DNA from: Polyangiaceae bacterium
GTDB lineage: Bacteria; Myxococcota_A; Polyangia; Polyangiales; Polyangiaceae
Direction of reading: 5' to 3'
Assembly (NCBI GenBank): GCA_044376115.1
Contig: JBILLK010000025.1
Coordinates: 98,535-162,534, forward strand
Length of the DNA: 64,000 nucleotides
The notes under the pieces were generated by a model. That model searched no databases. It was not told the origin of the DNA and saw nothing but the letters and a program-made list of their open reading frames with translations. Below, piece after piece: positions 9,374 to 18,571 of this stretch. Within the stretch, counting starts at the first letter, position 1; the number at the start of each line of letters is the position of its first letter. The position numbers and the translations under genes are program-made.

Positions 9374-11419
9374 CTACCCCGCAGTCAGCCGCATGCCCCA
9401 GGCGCCGGGCACGCTCGAGGCCTTGCTACACAGGCTGCCCAGCGCGCTGAGCGCCGCCTCCTGCTGCGCGACGAAGTCCAGCGGATCGAAATGCAAGCTG
9501 GCACCCGCCTTGACGACGATCTCTCGGTAGAGCGTGCGTCGTTCGGCGGGGGTTACTTGGTAGCTGTCGAGCTCGACCAGCGATTGCTCGGGCGTGTACG
9601 GCTGGCCTCGGCGCAGGCGCCGCTCGCCTTGGAAGCGCACGTCTTCCGCGGCCAAAAACTCACGCCAGCGCTCGGGATCGGTGGTCGGCAGCTTCTCGAC
9701 GTCATTGGCGCCCGCTTGCGGCCGATCACGGCCTGCACCGCGACGAGGAGGGCTCGCTTGCTCGCCCGGGAGCGGCGGGTCGGGCGGCGTCTCCGGATCC
9801 TTGTGGTCCACTGGGACCTCCACCGTTTCATACAGCTCGGCGCCGGTGATTCGTTGCAGCGCGAAGGCCGTGGTCTGCAGCAGCTCGGGCGGGGTCTCAA
9901 TGTTTTCGAGCGTGGCGACCAGCCGCGCGAGACTGTGCGGGTGGCCGAGAAAGCCCAACGCCTCGATCAACGCGCGCGAAGGGGCGAGCTGCAGGCGGTC
10001 CAACAAGAGCTGCGCGTCCTCGCGTTCGGCGGCCAATGCGAAGGGCAATAGCGCCTGGGCATCGGACTCGATCCGCGGTCGCAAACGATCGAGCGGGAAG
10101 GCGACCCCGCCCATCACCGTCGCCCAAGCGGTGGCCGCGCGCAGCGCCTCGGTCTTGGCGGCCGCGTGACGGTCGAGCGCGCTGCCCAGTCCCTCCGGCT
10201 TGTGCGGCGCCGCGTGCAACAAAGCTTTCGTCGCCACTCGCTCGGATGCACCGCTCGCGAGCTCCACCAACGTCTTGGGCGAGACCCAACGTCGATGCCC
10301 GAGCACGTCCACTGCGAGCGTTTGCAGGCCCTCCTCGGCGTCGCCGAGCCAGCGCGTAAGCAGCGGCCGTAGTCGGTCGTGAGGCACGAGCTTCAAGGCG
10401 TGGGCGGCTTCCCCGAGGATGGTCGCGTCCTCGAGCGCCACCACGCGGATCACCCGTTCGATCGCCGCGAGCGCGTCGCGCCCGCTGAACGAACCCAGCG
10501 CGAAACATAGGCCAAATACGTGTGAACCGTCTTTCGCTGGCGAATCCCAAAACAGCGACTCGAGCTGGTTGACGGCGCCCTCACCGAGCCCGGCCAACGC
10601 GTCGGCTGCGCGCAACATGCGCCGATCGAACACCACGCTGCCGCGCCAATAATCTCCCAACATGGGCGTTCGTTGCGCGCCCATGGTCGCGATCTCGAAC
10701 CACAGATCGCGCGCTTTTTCGCGCCGGAATTGGGCCAGGGTTTGTGCAGACCAACTACCTGGGACCAAGCCCGGGGCTTGCACCGTCTGCTCGGCCTGCT
10801 TGCGCTCCTGCAGCCGCTGCTCGCGGGCGTTGTGTCGAGCGTCGCGTCGCTCTGCGGCCTGCTTGCGTAGCCGCTGCTGGTGTTCACGCAGGGCACTCAG
10901 CCGCTCGGCCGCAGACAGGCTTGGATCCTGCTCGAGCTGCGGCGCGGGCCGCTCCGCCGCGAGCGGCTCCGGCACGTCGTAGCGCGGCACGATCGAGGCG
11001 CGCGCAAGCTGATGCAGCTCCGGTAGCTCGGCGCTGGCGACCACCTCGCGGGCCTCGCTCAATCGGGCGGGGCGGCTTTCGAAGGCGCGCTCTGCGACCA
11101 AGAGCCAGCCGCGCGCTTTGGCTAGCCAATCAAAGAGCTCGCCGAAGGCGCTGTCGCGCGCGAACGCAGCGGACAAGAGTTCGCTGATTTCATCGACTCG
11201 GACCACCGCGTCGCGCACCGCTCCGAGCGGATCGCGGCGCGCATCGTAGGCGTCCAAAACCGCGCCTGTCGCGGCCTCCACGGCGCGCGCGATCGGCCGC
11301 AGGTCCTGCTGGCTCCGCGGCGCGGCGCACAGGGCGTTTCCCACCTCCGCGAGGACGGCCAGCACGGTCTCCAGCGAGGCTTCGTGTTCGGGGAGCTTGG
11401 CAGCAGCGTCTTCATTCAT
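9374..11419 (-). CDS. HEAT-repeat protein, TIGR02270-like (family found with T6SS DUF2169 cassettes)
   Basis: DRRMLRAADAL, HEAT-like helices, ALGFLGHP, AFALQRITG, RLRRGQPY; start could be 11506. Confidence 0.6.
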   Translation of the reverse strand: MNEDAAAKLPEHEASLETVLAVLAEVGNALCAAPRSQQDLRPIARAVEAATGAVLDAYDARRDPLGAVRDAVVRVDEISELLSAAFARDSAFGELFDWLAKARGWLLVAERAFESRPARLSEAREVVASAELPELHQLARASIVPRYDVPEPLAAERPAPQLEQDPSLSAAERLSALREHQQRLRKQAAERRDARHNAREQRLQERKQAEQTVQAPGLVPGSWSAQTLAQFRREKARDLWFEIATMGAQRTPMLGDYWRGSVVFDRRMLRAADALAGLGEGAVNQLESLFWDSPAKDGSHVFGLCFALGSFSGRDALAAIERVIRVVALEDATILGEAAHALKLVPHDRLRPLLTRWLGDAEEGLQTLAVDVLGHRRWVSPKTLVELASGASERVATKALLHAAPHKPEGLGSALDRHAAAKTEALRAATAWATVMGGVAFPLDRLRPRIESDAQALLPFALAAEREDAQLLLDRLQLAPSRALIEALGFLGHPHSLARLVATLENIETPPELLQTTAFALQRITGAELYETVEVPVDHKDPETPPDPPLPGEQASPPRRGAGRDRPQAGANDVEKLPTTDPERWREFLAAEDVRFQGERRLRRGQPYTPEQSLVELDSYQVTPAERRTLYREIVVKAGASLHFDPLDFVAQQEAALSALGSLCSKASSVPGAWGMRLTAG

Positions 11420-11510
11420 TGGGGTTGGGCGACGCGACGACGCGAGCGCCCTCGCAAGGTAGCCAAACGCCCCTTCCTCCGAAAGAGGCGAGGTGGTAGG
11501 CCCCAAAGCC

Positions 11511-11954
11511 GTGACGATCAGCGATCAAGACCTCACTCGCTACACCCGCATCGTCGCGGCCATGGCCCAAGCTGAAGCGAGCGAGGACGTGCTCTCGCGT
11601 GAAGGCCTCACGGCGAGCGAGTTCGAGGCGCTGGAGAGTTCGATCGAGGGCGCGCTCTCGCTCGCGCTGGCAGAAGAGGGCTCGAACATCGCCCCCTTCG
11701 TCTTGCGTTATGAAGCTGCGTTGCGCAGCGCGCATGCGCAAGCGCTCGGCAAGACCTCGCTCAGCCTCGAGGAGTACGCCCGCGGCATCTCGATCATTAC
11801 CTCCGGTCACGCGGATCCGTACGCAGCGTTGAAGCGCGCTGGTCTCGAGATGACCGAAGTGATGCGCGCTTCGGTTGCCTACGCACCGGAGCTCGCCCGC
11901 AACCCGGCCGCTGCAGCCACGTTCAAGCGGCTCTCCAAGCCTTCGCCGAAGTAG
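11511..11954 (+). CDS. small protein with two copies of a helical repeat also seen in 32517-34172
   Basis: DLTRYTRIVAAM...VLSREGL and LSLEEYARGISII...LKRAGL. Confidence 0.7.
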   Translation: MTISDQDLTRYTRIVAAMAQAEASEDVLSREGLTASEFEALESSIEGALSLALAEEGSNIAPFVLRYEAALRSAHAQALGKTSLSLEEYARGISIITSGHADPYAALKRAGLEMTEVMRASVAYAPELARNPAAAATFKRLSKPSPK

Positions 11955-12941
11955 TCAGCCGGGCCCGTGTGCGTTGGCTGCTGCGGCGGCTGCCCCCGCT
12001 GCAAGCAACGTGTACGCGTCGTCCGCAAAACGAAGCACCCCGCGACACTCCAAGCCGAGCAAGCTCGCGGCCAACGCTTGCGGCGGCTGTTCGAGTCGCT
12101 CGGCCAACAGCGAAAGCGACGCCGGCCCAGGCGCGAGCGCTTTGACCAGCCGGCGCTCGGCTTCCCTCAGCGAGGCCCACAGCTGCGCCGCCTCCGCCGC
12201 TTGGACGCCGGCTGGCGCGCGAACTCGGGAGGCCTTCTCGCCGGCTTGCGAGGCCTTCGCGCTCGCGGGCTGCTCGCTCCGGAGCTGGCCTTGAACCAAG
12301 GCCAGCACGTCGTTGACCGAGAGCACCGGCGCGGCGCCCAGCTGCAACTCGATGCCGGTGCCAGCCCCGATCGTCCACGGAGCATGCGGTACTACGCCCA
12401 GCGGGCGCGCGTGTTTACGCGCATGGTGCGCGGTGTTGCGTGCGCCGCTGCGGAAGCCACATTCGATCACGATGGTGGCCAGGCTGAGCAGCACCACCAG
12501 TTCGTTGCGATGGAAGAACTGATGGTTCCTCGCCACCGTGTCATCCTCGAACGGCGAGATAACCGCACCGCCGCCCTCGACGATCGCGCGGAACAGTTCG
12601 ACGTGTTGCGCCTGCACGCGCCCAAGGCCCGAGCCGATCAGCGCCGCGGTGCGACCTCCCGCTGCGATCGCCGCTCGATGAGCCGCTTCATCGATGCCGA
12701 CGGCTCCGCCCGATACGATGCTGAAGCCCTTCCGCACCAGGTCGTGCGCGAGCTGCTCGGTGAAGGCCAGCGCCTGTGCGCTCGCCTCCCGTTTCCCGAC
12801 CAACGCAATCGCCGGCCGATCGAAGTCGAAGTGGCCTCGAACGCGCAACACGGGGGCCTTGGGCAACGCGCGCAGTGCGCGCGGATACTGCGAATCGCCC
12901 GGATTCAGGGTGAGAGCATTCACACCAAGCCCTTCACCCAA
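11955..12941 (-). CDS. dprA: DNA-processing protein DprA
   Basis: YP..L..L..AP.VL, IALVGKR, IVSGGAVGID.AAH, FFHRN, SGARNTA, C-terminal wHTH (LLGLE.RG). Confidence 0.95.
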   Translation of the reverse strand: MGEGLGVNALTLNPGDSQYPRALRALPKAPVLRVRGHFDFDRPAIALVGKREASAQALAFTEQLAHDLVRKGFSIVSGGAVGIDEAAHRAAIAAGGRTAALIGSGLGRVQAQHVELFRAIVEGGGAVISPFEDDTVARNHQFFHRNELVVLLSLATIVIECGFRSGARNTAHHARKHARPLGVVPHAPWTIGAGTGIELQLGAAPVLSVNDVLALVQGQLRSEQPASAKASQAGEKASRVRAPAGVQAAEAAQLWASLREAERRLVKALAPGPASLSLLAERLEQPPQALAASLLGLECRGVLRFADDAYTLLAAGAAAAAANAHGPG

Positions 12942-13019
12942 CGCCGGCGTGAGTTGCGTACGAAGTTGCAGCCGTCGGACGAAGTTGCCGCCTCCTCTCG
13001 GGCCCTCTACGCTCAGCAG

Positions 13020-14396
13020 GTGAAGTTCGCTCGGCTGCTCGGCATTTGTTGTCTTGGCCTCGTTGCCTGTCGAGACTGGGCGCGGTTCGAATCCAGCGGA
13101 GGAAGTGCTGGTAGCACCGAGGGTGGAGGCGGCCTAGGCGGCAACGCCGGCGGCATGAGCGCTGGCGGTGCGAACGTTGGTGGAGCGAGCACTGGCGGCG
13201 CGGCGGTAGGCGGCGCGAGCAGCGGCGGTTCTGGCGGAACTGGCCCGGCTGAGTGCGGCACGATCGAGGCGCTGGAGAGTTCCTTCGACCAAGCGCTCGA
13301 CTGGCGCTGGCAAGCCTACGATACCAACGTCTTCACGACCGAGGGCGGGGACCTCGTCATTCACGTACCGGAGGCAGCGAGCTACTACAGCCTCGACACC
13401 GCCGTGCAGTGGGACTTCACCGGGCGGTCCCTCACCCTCGAGCTCGAGCCTGTACCGCTCGGCGTGGGCTTCTGGTTCGACATCGGCTCCGACCCGGAAA
13501 ACTACGCGGAGTTTCTCGTCACCGAAGAAGGCCAACTGCTCCACGTGACAGAGACCGAGAACGACTTTCAGGTCATCATGGGCGAGCCCTACAACCCAGT
13601 CGAACATCGCTTCTTGCGACTGCGCGAGCAGAACGGATCGATCATTTACGGTGTCTCGGCCGACGGCGAGACTTTCCAGGAACGGCTTGAACTCCCGACC
13701 GCCGGTTGGTTCGATCCGCGCTACGTCGACGTCTTCCTGGGCTTCCCGACGATGGGCGGCCCCAAGCCGGATCTTCGTGCGCGCTTCATGCAAACCAGCG
13801 CCGTGAACACGCCGCTCTGCAAGGTGGAGACGCTGAGCGACAACTTCAACGACGGGGTGATCGGCCCGCAGTGGAACAACTCCTTCGCGCAGCCAGGCTG
13901 CGCGCTCTTGGAGCAGGAAGGGCGCGTCCAGATCGCGTGTCCACCCACCCAGTACGTGCAAACCAGCTTGGTCTCCTCGTCCGCCTATGACCTGACTGGC
14001 TCGTCGGTGACGGTGGAGCCTGGCAACGCGACGATGAACGATGGTGACAACGTGTACGCCGCGCTGATCGTGCGGGAGGCAGGCGATACTGGGTCCTTCT
14101 GGTTTTACGAGCTATTCGAAGGGTCGCTTGAACTCTACGAGATTACCGACTTCAACTGGCAACCCGTCAAACAAGTCCCGTACGTCCCTGAAGATGGCAG
14201 CATCCTGCGCGTCCGCGAGCAGGCGGGGCAGGTGATCTTCGAGCGCTCGGTGGACGGCGTAACCTTCACCAACTTCATCAGCCGCACGCCCCATATCGAC
14301 GTCACCAAGCTGCAGATCGAGCTCAGCGGTGGCGTCAGCGAATTCCCCAACGCCCCGGTCGAGGTTTGGTTCGATAACCTGAACGTCGTACCCTAA
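13020..14396 (+). CDS. Gly-rich-linker lipoprotein with two tandem beta-sandwich domains
   Basis: GTG start, LVAC lipobox; duplicated motif (F/I)LR.REQ.G.(I/V)....S.DG.TF and (W/Y)D(F/L)TG.S.T.E. Confidence 0.75.
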   Translation: MKFARLLGICCLGLVACRDWARFESSGGSAGSTEGGGGLGGNAGGMSAGGANVGGASTGGAAVGGASSGGSGGTGPAECGTIEALESSFDQALDWRWQAYDTNVFTTEGGDLVIHVPEAASYYSLDTAVQWDFTGRSLTLELEPVPLGVGFWFDIGSDPENYAEFLVTEEGQLLHVTETENDFQVIMGEPYNPVEHRFLRLREQNGSIIYGVSADGETFQERLELPTAGWFDPRYVDVFLGFPTMGGPKPDLRARFMQTSAVNTPLCKVETLSDNFNDGVIGPQWNNSFAQPGCALLEQEGRVQIACPPTQYVQTSLVSSSAYDLTGSSVTVEPGNATMNDGDNVYAALIVREAGDTGSFWFYELFEGSLELYEITDFNWQPVKQVPYVPEDGSILRVREQAGQVIFERSVDGVTFTNFISRTPHIDVTKLQIELSGGVSEFPNAPVEVWFDNLNVVP

Positions 14397-14441
14397 GCGG
14401 CGTTGCTCGCGCCGGCTCGAGCGGCCAGCGCGAGCCCGACG

Positions 14442-15158
14442 TCAGTAGTGGTAGTTCACCGTGTACGTCACGCACTCGTTCGCCAGCGTTCGAACCGACA
14501 TATAGACCTTCACGTCGTCGCTGGTGTTGGCGCAGTCGGGGGCTACGTCGAAGCCGCTGTCGGCGCAGCAGCCCGGCCTGCCGTCAGGGCTGGTGGCGGC
14601 GTTGGAGCCGTTGGGGCAGCTGAAGGCCGGCGTGCTGTCGTCGATGCACTGGAAGTACTTGCAGAAGCGCACTGGCGCGTTCGACTGAACCTCACGCGTG
14701 GCGTCCACGACGCAGAAAAAGTCATCGCTCGCTTGGTATTTGTACCAATCCAAATCATCGATCCCAGCCACCATACCGCTGAAGGAACCGCCATCCTCGT
14801 CGCAGTCGGTGATGGTGCCGAGGTCGGTCGCCGAGGACTCGGTGTTGTTCGGCTCGGGGCCGGGATCTTCACAACCCGGGCCGCTGCCGCCGGGTTGCTC
14901 GCCGCCCATTCCGCCGCCTTCTCCGCTGCCACCCGTCGAGGACGTCGTCGGGCCGGTGGGGCCGGTCGGACCCGTGGGGCCGGTGGGACCCGTCGGGCCG
15001 GTGGGGCTACTCGAGGTGGTCCCGCCGTTCGAGCTATTGCCTCCGTTGTTGCCTCCGGACCCTCCTTCTCCACCGAGCGGCTCAAAACCGGGAGGCGGCG
15101 CTTCGGGGGAACAGGCTGCGGTGAAACAAGCGGTAAGCAAGAGGTGGCGTAGGCGCAT
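14442..15158 (-). CDS. Cys-rich lipoprotein with (GPT)6 linker and PPC-like domain
   Basis: FTAAC lipobox, EPNNT..AT.LG, DDLDWY motifs. Confidence 0.75.
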   Translation of the reverse strand: MRLRHLLLTACFTAACSPEAPPPGFEPLGGEGGSGGNNGGNSSNGGTTSSSPTGPTGPTGPTGPTGPTGPTTSSTGGSGEGGGMGGEQPGGSGPGCEDPGPEPNNTESSATDLGTITDCDEDGGSFSGMVAGIDDLDWYKYQASDDFFCVVDATREVQSNAPVRFCKYFQCIDDSTPAFSCPNGSNAATSPDGRPGCCADSGFDVAPDCANTSDDVKVYMSVRTLANECVTYTVNYHY

Positions 15159-15186
15159 CGAACGAGCATACCTTCTTCGCGCTGCG

Positions 15187-16179
15187 ATGAAGAGAGTCCT
15201 CATTCTGGGCGCCGGTGCGGTTGGTCAGGTCTACGGTTTTCACCTGCAACGAGCGGGCTTCGAAGTCGGCGTTTGGGTGCGGCCCAGGCGCGTGAAGGAG
15301 GCTCGCGAAGGCTTTCCGCTGACGCAGATCCAGCTGGGTAAGCCGCGTCGCCAAGCGAAGTTCCGCCCTGATTTCGTCGCCAGCAACGTGAGCGAGCTGC
15401 CGCCGGAGATCGCCGCCGTCTGGGTTTGTCTGGCCACGACCTCGCTCGAAGACAGCCTGATCGCCGAGCTTTGCGCGGCTTGCCCGCGAGCCACCTTCGT
15501 CGTGCTTTCGCCGGGGCACTTCGTCAAGCAGCGGATGGACGCGCTGGTAGGCGCCTCACGTGCGCTCTACGGCATCATCGGTATGAGCAGCTATCACGCG
15601 CCGCTCGAGGGCAGCACGCAGGCGCGCGAGCTGGAGACGGCCGCGGGCACCGCGTACTTCCTCGCGACCACGGTGCTCTCGGGCGAGTCGCAGCGGCGCG
15701 CGCTCGAGATGCGTGACGCTCTGCGCGCCGGCGGCGTGCCGGTAACGCTCGTCCCCGATGCGTCGGTCGAGCTCACGCTCTCCAGCGCCGTGCTGATGCC
15801 CAACATCGCCTGCCTCGAACTCGTGGGTTACGACTTTGCTCGCTTCCGCGCCGAACAGGCGGAGCTCGCGGCGCAAGCGACGGCGGACTCGCTGCGCGTC
15901 GCCTGCGCGCTGACCGGCGCTACGCCGCCGCTGTTTGCGCCGCTGCTCAGCCCCTTCGCTTTGCGCGTGGGTTCGCAGCTCGCCGCGCGCTTCGCCCCGT
16001 TCGATATCGAGGCGTTCTTGCGCTTTCACTTCACCAAGGTGCGAGCACAGACCGAGCTGCTGCTCGCCACCTCGGTGAAGGAGGCCGCGGCGCGCGGCCT
16101 CTCGGTACCCTCGCTCAGCCGGCTTTACGAACGCTTCCTTGCGGCGAGCGACGACGTCGCGCCGCCAAAAGCACACTGA
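15187..16179 (+). CDS. ketopantoate reductase (ApbA/PanE)-like protein
   Basis: MKRVLILGAGAVG..YG..L..AG Rossmann N-terminus. Confidence 0.7.
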   Translation: MKRVLILGAGAVGQVYGFHLQRAGFEVGVWVRPRRVKEAREGFPLTQIQLGKPRRQAKFRPDFVASNVSELPPEIAAVWVCLATTSLEDSLIAELCAACPRATFVVLSPGHFVKQRMDALVGASRALYGIIGMSSYHAPLEGSTQARELETAAGTAYFLATTVLSGESQRRALEMRDALRAGGVPVTLVPDASVELTLSSAVLMPNIACLELVGYDFARFRAEQAELAAQATADSLRVACALTGATPPLFAPLLSPFALRVGSQLAARFAPFDIEAFLRFHFTKVRAQTELLLATSVKEAAARGLSVPSLSRLYERFLAASDDVAPPKAH

Positions 16180-16933
16180 GCCCAAGCACGGCGAGCGCGC
16201 CCTGCTCGCTCGTGTTTCCACCCAAAACGCAGCCGCAGCCACCTTGCTTCGGCGGGACCGGCGGCGGCTCGGAGGCGGCGGGCGGATCGCTGTCGGCTGG
16301 GGGCGTGGAGGGCTCGTCGTTCGCGGGCTCTTTCTTCTCGGGCTCATCGGCCGGGGGCGGCGGCGGCGCCTTCTTCTTGTTCGGATCTTCACCAACGAAC
16401 GAGATCGAACGGCGGTCCACCGCCTTGTTCTCGCCGTTGAGGATCAGCCGAACCTTCGAGCCGAGCGTCTCCATCGTGTCCGACTTCTTGACGATCATCA
16501 CGTACTCACCGGCCTCGAAGCCTTTGTCGCGGGTGAGCGTGATCTTGAACTTGGTGCTCTTGAAGATCTTGCCGGTCCCGTCGCCGAAGCTGATGTCGGT
16601 GCTGACGTCGATCGTCTTTTGGTTCTGCAGCTGACGCTTGGTGAGCACCGGCTTGTCGCCCGATTCATCGGTCAGCGAGCGTTCGTACAGCGTTACCGGC
16701 TCGAAGGTGATCAGCACCGGAATGAACTGGATGTCCGGCATCGTTCCGTTGTCGACCGTGAAGCTAAACCGCCAAGAGCCCTCGACCTCGTCGATGGCGA
16801 GCTTGTCGGCTTTGATGGTTCCCTTGGCCAACGCCACGGAGGGCAGGGTGATGAGGCCCAGCAAGGCGCAGAGTGCGAAGAAGAGCGCGCTCAGCGAGCG
16901 CCGCCCAACCTTCGTGGTTCGGTGGATCTTCAT
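16115..16933 (-). CDS. secreted protein with MYXO-CTERM-type sorting signal
   Basis: Signal peptide ending ALA; Pro-rich linker; GGCGC, hydrophobic helix, RRRR. Confidence 0.85.
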   Translation of the reverse strand: MKIHRTTKVGRRSLSALFFALCALLGLITLPSVALAKGTIKADKLAIDEVEGSWRFSFTVDNGTMPDIQFIPVLITFEPVTLYERSLTDESGDKPVLTKRQLQNQKTIDVSTDISFGDGTGKIFKSTKFKITLTRDKGFEAGEYVMIVKKSDTMETLGSKVRLILNGENKAVDRRSISFVGEDPNKKKAPPPPPADEPEKKEPANDEPSTPPADSDPPAASEPPPVPPKQGGCGCVLGGNTSEQGALAVLGLSVLLAARRRRSPQGSVRKAG

Positions 16934-16999
16934 GGCCGCGCAGCGTACACGAACTTCGGCCAAGCTCGAGAGGGCGATGCCTGGCCGCTCGGCTTGGCG

Positions 17000-18367
17000 C
17001 TACAGCGCGACCTTGGCTCGGAAGGCCTCCAGGTCCACCAGCGCTCGCTCGGCCAGCTTCTCGTAGCGGTCGCGCTTCTTCACCTTGCGCGAGAGCGATT
17101 CCATTGGCGGAATGTGGGCCCAGGTGATGTTCGAGGGCTGGTATTTGCCGGAGGCCGAGGGGCGCGTGAGGTGGGTGAGCAGCCCGCCGAAGGCCGTGGT
17201 GCTCGGAGGGAAGGGCAGCTCTTCGCCCTTGAGGTGAGCGGCCAGCAGCACCGAACAAAGGAAGCCGGAGGCCGCGCTCTCCACGTAGCCCTCGACGCCG
17301 GAGATCTGCCCGGCCAGGAACACCCCCGCCGTACTCTTCAGCTGCATGCGCTCGTCGAGCACGCTCGGCGCATCGACGAAGGTGTTGCGGTGCACCGAGC
17401 CCATGCGCAAAAACTCGGCCTCCTCGAGCCCGGGGATCATGCGAAACACGCGCAGTTGCTCGGCGTACTTCATGCGCGTCTGAAAGCCGACGAGGTTGTA
17501 CGCCGTCTGCGCCTCGTCCTCGGGGCGCAGTTGCAACACAGCGTGCGGTCTGCGGCCGGTCTTCGGATCGGTGAGACCGACCGGCTTCATCGGACCAAAG
17601 GCCAAGGTCTGTTCCCCGCGTTCGGCCATCACTTCGCACGGCAAGCAGCCCTCGAAGTACTTGGTCTCCTCGAAGGCGCGCGCCTCGACTTTGTCGGAGG
17701 CCACCAAGGCTGCGACGAAAGCCTTGTATTGCGCTTCGTCGAACGGGCAGTTCACGTACGCCTCATCCCCGCCGTCGCTGCTGGTGCCGGTGCCTTCGGG
17801 AGCGCTGCCGCCCTTGCCGTAGCGGCTCTGCTTCCAAACGCGATCCCAAAGAATCGAATCGGCGGCCACGATGGGCGCGATCGCGTCGTAGTAAGCGAGC
17901 TGACTGCCGCCGATCAACGACTCCAGGTCCTTCGCCAGCTCATCGCTGGTCAGCGGGCCGGTCGCCAAGATGGTCGGCTGTTCGCGCGGGACCTTGGTGA
18001 CCTCCTCCTCGACCACGCGGATCAGCGGGTGGTTGCGCAGCATCGTGGTCACGTCCACGCCGAACTTCTCGCGGTCCACGGCGAACGCTCCACCGGCCGG
18101 GACCTGCGTTCGATCCGCCGCCGCCATCACGAAGGAGCCGCAGCGACGCAGCTCTTCCTTCAGCAGGCCCACGGCGTTCGCCAGCGCGCTTCCGCGCAGC
18201 GAGTTGGAGCAAACCAGCTCACAGAAGTGGTCGCTCGTTTGCGCCGGCGTGCGTTTCTTGGGCTTCATCTCGTGCAGCGTCACGTGGATCCCGCGCGCTG
18301 CAAGTTGAAGAGCGGCCTCGCTACCGGCCAGACCGGCCCCGACGACAGTGACCCGAAGTTCGGACAT
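17000..18367 (-). CDS. trmFO: FADH2/folate-dependent tRNA m5U54 methyltransferase TrmFO
   Basis: [59 protein letters not shown]. Confidence 0.97.
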   Translation of the reverse strand: MSELRVTVVGAGLAGSEAALQLAARGIHVTLHEMKPKKRTPAQTSDHFCELVCSNSLRGSALANAVGLLKEELRRCGSFVMAAADRTQVPAGGAFAVDREKFGVDVTTMLRNHPLIRVVEEEVTKVPREQPTILATGPLTSDELAKDLESLIGGSQLAYYDAIAPIVAADSILWDRVWKQSRYGKGGSAPEGTGTSSDGGDEAYVNCPFDEAQYKAFVAALVASDKVEARAFEETKYFEGCLPCEVMAERGEQTLAFGPMKPVGLTDPKTGRRPHAVLQLRPEDEAQTAYNLVGFQTRMKYAEQLRVFRMIPGLEEAEFLRMGSVHRNTFVDAPSVLDERMQLKSTAGVFLAGQISGVEGYVESAASGFLCSVLLAAHLKGEELPFPPSTTAFGGLLTHLTRPSASGKYQPSNITWAHIPPMESLSRKVKKRDRYEKLAERALVDLEAFRAKVAL

Positions 18368-18571
18368 GCCTGTCGCTTCGTCCGGCGGCCCTCTCACTGC
18401 AAGTCCAATCCACCTTTCTGGTAGTCGGCCGTGGCCACGTCCTCGTGGAGCATTCTGCCCGCCTCGAGTCCGCGCAGGACCGTGGCAGTTCGCCATCGTC
18501 CTCATTCGACCGCTTGGTTCAGCTCATTCGCGGGAGTTCGCACTGTCGTAATCGCCGCGTACTATCCCGCG

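Noticed and set aside
11967..13019. N-terminal extension of the 809-aa ORF
   Set aside because: Antisense shadow of dprA; the signal peptide begins at GTG 13020
14951..15007. Collagen-like (GPT)6 tract
   Set aside because: Too short for a triple helix; an ordinary low-complexity lipoprotein linker
16139..18424. 761-aa plus-strand ORF and similar long antisense ORFs (3219-4805, 30364-31788, 53883-55292)
   Set aside because: High-GC shadows of well-supported genes on the other strand
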